From Chrysomallon squamiferum (Eukaryota > Animalia > Mollusca), in assembly GCA_012295275.1 (NCBI GenBank), contig CM022678.1:248001-312000 (forward strand): a DNA stretch of 64,000 nt, in the 5' to 3' direction. Under the pieces are notes generated by a model. The model was not told where the DNA came from. It saw nothing but the letters and a program-made list of their open reading frames with translations, and searched no databases. Numbering within the stretch: the first letter of the stretch is position 1; each line of letters begins with the position of its first letter. A program made the position numbers and the translations under genes. Below are positions 54,391-64,000 of this stretch, piece after piece.

Positions 54391-56290
54391 TCAGGCCATT
54401 GCTGTTGATGTGGTGAATGGTGGTTTAATTTCAATCATGAAGAAACTATCATCCAGCATAGCATAAATTTTGGGTCAACAATAAAATGCTAATGACAAAC
54501 GACATATAGTTCTGTTATTTATTAAATATGATTCAGGTTTTCACTTACTGGTGTCAACAGCGGCACCTCCTGATACAATGTTCGTGTTAGTAGATTGGTT
54601 TTTGTGTGCTCATATTTAAATATGTTCTACCACTACTTGTGTGGTCGCAAATGTAAAAAAATAAATTATTTACATTCAAAGCCTATACTTGTAAAACATG
54701 TATATACATGTAAGATAATGAAAATGATGATTTTAGAAGCAGTGTTCAGAAACAGGTGAAATAAAGTTTAGCAGAGAACAGCAGATCACAGAATCCTTGG
54801 AAGTGTACTGGTTATTGGTTAGCACAGGTCACATATGACAAGTGGGCTTTGCATTCTGGCCAACATTAATGGTGTCAAAAATTATATGATTTAAATTTTG
54901 GAAAATAAGTAGTTTTGGCATGGGAAAATGTAGCTATATAGTTGGTAGAAGGTCAGCACAAAGTAAAAACATTTACTGGGTGAGCTTGGTGATGTCAACT
55001 TGTCTGTTAATCAGGTTTTACTTTTGTAGTTCACTGCTGTTTTAGGTTACATCCAGTAAGACCACAAGCACCAAAACAGGACAAGACTCCCAGCAAGTTC
55101 ACTAATATATATATATATAATACAATGAACATGCACATAATGTGATGGTAATATAAAGTTGTAACTCTCAAACCCACATGACGTAATGTGCTTCAGACTA
55201 TTAGTAACAGTGATACTTCTACTAAGTATTTCATCTATAGGATGTTTTTAATCTGTCATTGCCTTTTAGCATGTGGACTCATATATTTTCATATTTCTGA
55301 GCCTCCTGTATTCAACACAAGAACATTTCAGCAAGTTATTCATGGGGTATTCTGTTGTAGGCTACTTATGAATTTTCAAGGGATTTTTAACAAATGCGTA
55401 TCTTACTACAACTTAGTCAGTTTCCAAGATGTATACATGATACATTAGAGACAACATTGCACGTGGATGCCAAATCTATTCATATCTCAGAATCTGGACA
55501 CATCTCCTTGAGAAAGAATATGTCACATGTGTGTTCTGTTATCAACTAAACATCTAGAGAAAAGAAAACAACTTTAGTTTTCAACTTACTGATTAAAGTG
55601 CTATTGTCTCCTATTAGAACATTTCCACAGTCAGATATTTTTACTTTCCGTTGTACAAGTTGTATTATTGGAGTATCTGTGAAACAGAGTACATTTTTTA
55701 AATTTACCACTCAGAAGCATAATTTTTAAAAATGTCTGTAAGGACAACATACAGTATTAATACAATCTGTTTTTATTTGATAAAAAGTTTTATTAAATAA
55801 AACAATGTTAAAAATGTTTTTAACTGACTATGAAATAAATATTACTTTACAGTATAAAAATGTATAACAATAAATACAAGAATAATTATCATGGTCATGA
55901 TGAAATAATCAAACAGTCTGTAGTGTGTATTTTGTATTACCATTTTAATCTGTGAAACAAAAGGCCATAAAGACTTTAAAAAGTGTCAATTTACTAATAC
56001 CTAAGATGGAAATGAACAATATACTGAAACAGTGTTTTGTTCCAAATGTAAATAATACATTTGTCAGTTTAGAATTTACCATCAATAACATAAACAATAC
56101 ATTGAAATATTCTATTGTTATAAATATAAACAAAATTCTAATATTTATAATATTCTATCAAAAAAGTAAACAGTATATTAAAATACTGTGCATATTACCA
56201 CAACTGCTTGACACAGGTACTTGTAAATGATGTTGTGCTTGTGTGACGTCAAAGGAAGACTGAGATACAATGTCAGAGCGCCTGTCATAC

Positions 56291-56445
56291 TGTCTAAGAG
56301 AGAAACAGCTGCCTCAGTCTCTACAGAAGAAACAGCTCTGATGTTGCCTGAAGAAGAAACAGCTGTGATATTGTCTGTGGAAGCAGCAGCTGTGCTGTTA
56401 GAAGAAACTTCTGAACTCTTGTTTTTGTTGTTCATATTGGTTGAG
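56291..56445 (-). CDS. Gene B ATG exon (ATG at 56435; MNNKNKSSEVSSNSTAAAST...AAVSLLD)
   Basis: ttttacag|CTCAACCAATATG...GACA|gtatga, phase 1, same boundaries as the gene A exon but 81 nt longer. Confidence 0.72.
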
Positions 56446-57319
56446 CTGTAAAATAATAATATGATGATTGATTTTTAATACAGAAGGAAGAAAACAAATG
56501 TTTTATTGAACTCATTTAATTTATATGAGTTTAGAGAGAAGATTTAGGAATATTCAGACAACAAAAGAAAAATCCTTTGCTGTCACTTCACAATCTACTC
56601 TTTCTTATTAGCAGCAAGTGATAATTCATTTACACCTACCCACAGACAGTGCATACAATTTCATATATCACTCGTTGAGCAACAGCTAATATAAAAACAG
56701 CTCAGACTGCCATCTCACATTTTGTTCTATAAACATGTTCTTGAAAGTATTTTAAAATAATGAAATGAGAACTGTTTTAATAATGTCCTCATTTAGTAAA
56801 TGGTGATGTTAGATTGTTATATAAAAATAACGTGAAAACTTAATACTATTGTAATAAATTACTCTTACATCATATTAGAATCAGTTCATTCAATTATTAA
56901 CATAATACATTTACAGAATACTTTTAAACTACAGTACTAAGTTGTCAATAATTATGACAAAAGTTATACTAAGATATGTAATAAATATAAAAAATTATCA
57001 AAATTGTAACAACATTATAATATTAGTTTTATCATTTGTATTAAATGATAAAAACAAAATAAAAATTGTAGATAATATCTCAATAGTTTTAGTTATACTT
57101 TCACTGTAGTAAATTATGTGACATAAATGATACAAATGAATATGTTATAAATGTCTCAACTTGGCACAATGGTGGACATCAGAAACACAAAGATGACAGA
57201 TAATAAGAATGCTTTCAACAGATCAAACCTACAGGACATCAGCTAGCCTACAGTTAGTGAGTTATACTCATCAGTCCATTAGTGACCTGCAACAGGCTAC
57301 ATCCAGAACAAAGCTTTAA

Positions 57320-60300
57320 CACTTCTGCCTTGGCCAGTCATGAGTCCAGTTTTGACTTCGCTGCAGCAGTGAGAATTTTATACACACAATTAAAGTGGAA
57401 TCAGCTCAGCACAGGAAATGACAATAGTTCATTTGACAAATCCAACATTTAACTTGATGGATGAGTCAGATGCTGGAGGCAGTTGAATGTTTACTTGTCA
57501 CTGAACCCTTTAACTACAGATGTAATCTAGAGACTCAAAATATTTTCTCTCTAAAACAATTCCTTAAACTATTTTATAAACTCTGCAGCTCCATACTTTG
57601 AAGTGGTTTGTTATTAGTGTTAAATAGTAATGGTAATTATGTGACAATATTGTGATAAAAATAATAATAACAATAATAAAAAAATACTTTTCTAATACTG
57701 GAGTGCTAAACATTTTTCCAGGTGTATATTATATTGTCACTCTTCTGTCTTGTCATTTTTTTAAAGTAGATTTCATATTTATTTGTATTCAATTTAATTA
57801 TATAGTAATATATTTACTTATTTAGTACCATAAGAATTTCTTAAATTTTTAAGTTTTGGAATAAATCAGTATGTATATGGATAACATTTCAAAACAGGGT
57901 GACTTCCTCTGTGGTATCTGTTAAGTAAATATTAGATGATAATTTTTCTCTATTTCTGTGCTTGTATAAATACACTGATATTTTTCAGACTTCAGTTTTC
58001 AATAATCTGCTACGTTCTTCATTTCAAAACTTGATCAAACAAATAAAACATTTACTTACTATCACACTGACCAGTCTGAGTGGTATTGATATCTAAAATT
58101 TGGTTTGTCCAGTCTAAAGGGTAGCAGACTATAACAGTGTCACGTGACAAGGGCCTAATTATCTGAGACAGCTTAAACTACTAAATGACTATTCTGTATC
58201 CACTAGAGAACAATAACAGACATGAATTCATGCATAATTGTTATATAGATATATATATATCTGTATGTAGTTTACACAAATTAATGCTAAGGATAATATA
58301 TAGTTATAAAGTTAAATCTTATGATTCGACGATAGGTTATCAAAGCAAACAGTGTTGACAAATAATACAAAACTAATTCAGACCAGTTGGTTACTTGATC
58401 TTTCTAAATACTCTTTTTAATTATTAAAATACATTAACCTTGTATCATAAATGTAAGTATGTACCACAGAATAACATCATAAAACTTCAACAATAATAGA
58501 TTTAGCTATCTTAAAAATCATTCAATATGTATGTTACACATACAAAACATTAAAACATATTTATCATTGTGCAGACGGCCCACAGACAAAGACTCTCAAG
58601 AAGGGCACCGATCAAAGAGATCTCATTCAAAACACGTGCGACTACTTATACACCCATCTCTCGGGTGTTCAATCTACACCTCTGCAGATAGCCTTTCTGA
58701 ATTTACTTTGCAGCTTTTAATGCCAATTTTGAGTTCTTTAAACCCCTGTGTTTCTAAGTTCATATAATATAATTACATAATACAGCTTCTATATAGCCCA
58801 CGACAATCTGCTTACTCTCTGCTATTTAGTTTTTGTGTATTTACCCCCATTTTCTGTCATTAATTAGGTAAACAGTTAAGAACCGTAAAAATATAAATTA
58901 TAAACATGATTATACAAGATAACTAAATAAATGTTACCGTAATATAATAAGGTATTTAAGATAACAGGCAGCAGATATTCTGCTTTACCTGGACATATTA
59001 AAATAAAGATTTTGTGAATATTCTATAATTTACTACAAAGAAAACCAAATTACAATTAAAAACAAGCCTGGCAATAAAGAGGCAATAACGATGTTTCATT
59101 ACACTTGCATTGTTACAATTCTTTTCAACCCATCTTTGAATTTAAGTTGTATTTTAAACCAGTTGTCTGTCACTGACCATACAACTCTTCTGTCCTGTCA
59201 ACAGAACAGTACAAAACTTACACACTGATTTAACTTGTTTCTTAAATTAATATTGTCAAGTAATACATTTTCCTTTTTTATTATTTTGAAAAAATTTACC
59301 AAAAATATTAATAGAAAATACAAATGAAGAATTGACTGCTAAGAAAAAAAATAAAAAAAATAAAAAATTACAATCCACTATAATTGCCACTTTTCAAATT
59401 ATCAAAAATTATTAACAGACTTACAATTGATGCTAAAATAAAATTTTATTTATTTATTTATTATCAATGTACATAGATCTGGTTAGTTTACAAAACAAAA
59501 TTACATGAATCAAATGTAATACAATAAAGAACCATGAACTTTTAAAAAATAGATCAGCACTACTTACTAGTATATTTGTAATACTATTTTTGTTTCAGTC
59601 ACATCACAGTTTTGTATGTACACAAGTTATTTAGATAACATGGCTATCTGTTCTCACTGGAAAAATTAGCTGATTTCACAATCAAAAGTGGATGTATACA
59701 GATTTGTATAACCATTTTATATCTGAACCAGGTGAAAATTAAAATTCTTAATAAAATGTTTATTTAGAGACATTAACATAAGTTTGACACTGTAATAGAG
59801 ATGAATTCACACATTTATAAATAATTTAGTGAATTACATTTCACCTCTGTTTATTGTTCCTTATTATAATACTGACTGCAGAATCACATATGTACATAAA
59901 TACATTATTCTCAGAACATTTACTTACTTACAACTCAGTTTAACTCATCTTTAGATTTTAGCTGTTGTATGCAAACCAGTTTTCTGTCACTGATCATACA
60001 ACTCTTCAGTCTTGTCAACAGAACAATATACAATTTTATTTATTATTAATATATGTGTCAATTTTCATACAGCAAAAACAAAAATAATAATATTTTACAA
60101 TAAAACATTTTCTTTTCTAAAATAAAAATCTTGGAAGTCTTTTATATCCACTTTGTTATGTTTAATTTCACTGATGAATTATTTAACCTTTTCCTTCACA
60201 GAATTTCAGTGAATAAAAAGGAAATTTGTCACTGTTACTACAGATTTTTTGTTATTTTTGTTTGACAACAAATCCATATAGCTACATATCAAGAAAATCA

Positions 60301-60760
60301 AAATGACTACGTAGAAACACAATGTGCTTGTGTGTACTGTTTTACTACAGGGTCATCTAGTTTATGTAGATGTATGTGAGATTACAATTTGACTAAGACT
60401 TAAAAAGATAAATTACAGGTGTGTGAAACTAAAATTATTGTTGTTATTATTAATTCATTTGTTAATACTTCATTAAGAAAAAAAAAAAGAAAAAATATTT
60501 ATATCTCAGTATAGTTTCATTAGTCTCTAGGACTACTGAGCAGGTAAGCACTATGGTATTTTGGGTCTAGTAATCAGTTCTAGTCTGTAATAATTCTCAC
60601 GATCATTGTGTGTTTACATTGACAAATTAAGTATTTACAGACACACACACATATACAAACATGCAGTCTTCAGAGTTCATGTGCAGCATTCAGTCTTCTT
60701 CAATGTTTAACTGCTGGTTTAGGTCTTAAAAGACCATTTTAAAAACAGTTTTCATTAAAA
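57320..60760 (-). repeat. Inverted paralogous copy of the gene A 5' region (~810-5000), including UTR-exon homologues at about 60010-59932 and 59194-59113
   Basis: Anchors: aaaatggtcttttaagacctaaac (826 / rc 60717-60741), gacagaagagttgtatggtcagtgacagacaactgg (rc 59159-59194) and gagctgcagagtttataaaatagtttaag (3303 / rc 57563-57591). Confidence 0.85.
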
Positions 60761-60887
60761 TGGTTACTGTGTTAACATACAAGCTTTATCCTGGTCAGGT
60801 CCAATGTTGAAAGCCTTACTGAAGTTTGGTATTCTTACCTTTGCAGGATAAAGCAGATATATTATGTCAGCAACCAGTTATTCCCTA

Positions 60888-60932
<45 letters not shown>

Positions 60933-61449
60933 ACAGAGATTCACTATAGTCTTAAAGTTATATATGTAAAGTGACAACTTACAAGATCTTTGTGACTATT
61001 TCACTAATTAAGTTTACTGTCATGGTTTGACTAAAATGGCTGATCTAAAACTTATTTATATCAGACGTGGATACTTGTGTCTACATTCAAAGTACCATTC
61101 ACGAACATACAGGACGCAGAGAGAAGGAACAAGGACATACAGAAACAAATTATAAGGGAAATAACTGTAGAATAATAATTTAATGAAAGGAGCATTTTCT
61201 TTGATAATTAGTTAATTATCTTTTTCACTTTTACAAACACAGTTAAAGCCAGCTAAAGGACTGTACACAGTACTGCTGATTGTTTTCTAAGAGAAGGAAA
61301 GTAAATGTTACTTGAAGCTGTAAAATTAATGTATCTGCAACAATTTAATAGAGAAAGCAAACATTCTGGTAACACTTTCTGGTAAAATGTTTCATACAGT
61401 CTTAGCCTCCAATGATATGACTAAAAACATTCATTTTACATGCATACAT

Positions 61450-61519
61450 AAGTGTGTGTGTGTTTGTGTTTGTGTGTGTGTGTGGGTGTGTGGGTGTGTG
61501 TGTGTGTGTGTGTGTGTGG

Positions 61520-61550
<31 letters not shown>

Positions 61551-61602
61551 TTTGTGTGTGGGTGGGTATGTGTGTTTGTGTGTGGGTGGGTGGGTGGGTG
61601 TG
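61450..61602. repeat. (GT)n / (GGGT)n microsatellite
   Basis: Direct reading. Confidence 0.95.
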
Positions 61603-61929
61603 CCCATATACTAATACAACTGCCACTATTTATTTGAAAAGAGCAGTAACAACACTGTCAACAGTGATAGCAAATATATTTTAACGAGGTTTTATTACAA
61701 TTCATGAAATAGGGGTGCAATTGCATTTACAAATAATTTACTGAAAAGAGGTATGACTTTTATTATAATATTGACTGCTGAATCGTAAGTCATATTCTCA
61801 GAAACTATTCAAAGATTGATAAGCACTTAACCAGAGGGGTGCCATTTTGGATTATACTAATTGAAGTAATTCCCCATAATTAAAAACAAAGAAAACTTTA
61901 ACTGAATGAAAAAAAAGAATGAACATTAC

Positions 61930-62115
61930 CAGTTTTCTTTATCATTTTATATTCTGATATGTCACTTAGCAAGATGCCACCATTTTAGATCACGTGATTC
62001 TGTTGAGTCACGTAAAGTATAAACCGGGTTGCGATCAGGACCGGAAATTGTGTTAAAAGGTGAAACCTTCCGATTAGGTCAAAACACATGTAGTAACATA
62101 TCAGCATGCGGGCTT
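61930..62115 (-). promoter_or_regulatory. Candidate promoter / first exon of gene B
   Basis: CpG-enriched patch with TCACGTGA (E-box), GTCACGT and ACCGGAA (ETS-like). Possible minus-strand donor CTG|gtaatg near 61930. Confidence 0.25.
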
Positions 62116-62919
62116 ATGTAGATAATGGCAAACAAAATTTAATCTTAATAACTGTCTATTATAGATAATTTTACAAAAAGAAAGACTAAAAAAATTATGT
62201 TTTCTCTTTATTCGAACTGAGTTATGGTTGTTGATGTTCTCCAGTGTTTCAGTAAAACAACATTAGAAAAAACACAGACACCGTTTTAAGAAAATCCTGA
62301 TTTATGTCAGCTCATATCTTTCACCACTTTATACACAGAAATATGAAAATGCAGATATTTAAAGCATTTAATACATTGATACTGTTTATTTATTTATTTT
62401 ATTTTATTTTATTTTAATTTATTTTATTTTATTTTATTTTTTTCTGGTCTTAAATCTGAGCTAGCAGCTCATCTAACTTGGCCCAGAAATTGGACGTCAT
62501 TTAAAGAGTCAAAACTTTAAAATACAATAAAATACCTAATTATAATTCAGTATTTGGTTCAGAATGAAAAAACCCAGGTAAACAGAAATATACTTCAGAC
62601 TATAAACATGGTAGACTATCTTGACTCCAGATAGGTTCAAATGACTGAGTTCAGCTCACATGCAGGGTAAAACACAGAACACTTCGCTAACATATTCTGA
62701 CAGAGCAATATGAATAAAGGTACATTTCAGTTTCTTCTTCTCAAGCGAATTATGAAGTTCTTAAGGATTATTCTGTTTCCGCATGCAACCATTTGATGTT
62801 AACATCTGGTATCTTTCAAGCTGTGCCTGTTTATCAGGTCTCACCAAAAATCCTTTTTCTTTTCATTTCCTTCGACTTTCTTTTTCTTCTTCTTCTTCTT
62901 CTTATCAACATCATCGTCG

Positions 62920-64000
62920 TCACAACCTGATTGTTAGTATTTCACAACCTTACTTTTAGCATATCACAACCTGTTAGTATCTCACAACCTGTCTGTTAGT
63001 ATCTCACAACCTGTTAGTATCTCACAACCTGTTAGTATCTCACAACCTGAGTTAGTATCTCACAACCTTACTGTTAGCATATCACAACCTGTTAGTATCT
63101 CACAACCTGTCTGTTAGTATCTCACAACCTGTTAGTATCTCACAACCTGAGTTAGTATCTCACAACCTTACTGTTAGTATCTCACAACCTGTTAGTATCT
63201 CACAACCTGAGTTAGTATCTCACAACCTTACTGTTAGTATATCACAACCTTACTGTTAGTATCTCTCAACCTTACTGTAAGTATTTTACAACCTTACTGT
63301 AAGTATTTTACAACCTTACTGTTAGTATCTCTCAACCTTACTGTTAGTATTTTACAACGTGACTATTAGTATATCACAACCTTACTGTTAGTATTTCACA
63401 ACGTGACTGTATCTCACAACCTTACTGTTAGTATATCACAACCTTACTGTTAGTATATCACAACCTGACTGTTAGTATATCTCAACATTACTGTTAGTAT
63501 CTCACAACCTTACTGTTAGTATATCACAACATTACTGTTAGTATTTCACAACGTGACTGTTAGTATATCACAACCTTACTGTAAGTATTTTACAACGTGA
63601 CTGTTAGTATCTCTCAACCTTACTGTTAGTATATCACAACCTTACTGTAAGTATTTCACAACGTGACTGTTAGTATTTCACAACCTTACTGTTAGTATTT
63701 TACAACGTGACTGTTAGTATATCACAACCTTACTGTTAGTATTTCACAACCTTACTGTTAGTATTTTACAACGTGACTGTTAGTATATCTCAACCTTACT
63801 GTTAGTATTTCACAACCTTACTGTTAGTATTTTACAACGTGACTGTTAGTATATCACAACCTGTCTGTTAGTATCTCACAACCTGTTAGTATCTCACAAC
63901 CTGAGTTAGTATCTCACAACCTTACTGTTAGTATATCACAACATTACTGTTAGTATATCTCAACCTTACTGTTAGTATATCACAACTTTACTGTAAGTAT
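62920..64000. repeat. Minisatellite: 18/22-bp unit GTTAGTAT(C/A/T)TCACAACCT(TACT), running off the window end
   Basis: Direct head-to-tail repeats. Confidence 0.96.

Noticed and set aside
58531-58860. GC-richer patch as a gene or identifiable retroelement
   Set aside because: Multiple stops on the minus strand and no motif I can recognise; probably a decayed repeat fragment.
62920-64000. 18-22-bp repeats as CRISPR or telomeric repeat
   Set aside because: No spacers and not (TTAGGG)n/(TTAGG)n; an ordinary minisatellite.

Overview
AT-rich animal genomic DNA with spliceosomal introns and microsatellites; probably a mollusc, which I infer from the gene family. The window holds two convergent (tail-to-tail) paralogous NLR-like genes. 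Each has short 5' exons, a STAND P-loop NTPase of the nSTAND3 type and a C-terminal ankyrin array. Gene A (+) has CDS exons at 29727-29790, 30081-30197, 30831-30863 and 31169-34625, and is frameshifted by a 5-bp duplication at about 33354-33363. Gene B (-) has exons at 56435-56291, about 54390-54292, 53668-53636 and 53349-45417. It is split by a 2,851-bp Sola2-like DNA transposon (47623-50473; ~630-bp TIRs; AGTT target-site duplication), and removing the element restores the reading frame exactly. The main candidate for an undescribed system comes from exons that the ORF track misses. They place a RHIM/cRHIM-like amyloid motif (VNIS..LSNCRNVVFGN in A, VNISHCRNFILGD in B) directly N-terminal to the NTPase. 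In addition, every second ankyrin repeat carries a hypervariable aromatic loop on a near-invariant scaffold. Together this suggests an animal amyloid-motif / STAND / variable-ankyrin receptor resembling fungal and bacterial amyloid-signalling NLRs. Upstream of gene A, a ~24-kb tandem array of ~2.47-kb units amplifies a phase-2 exon ten times. A 200-N scaffold gap lies between the genes. All gene models are read by eye, without transcript evidence.
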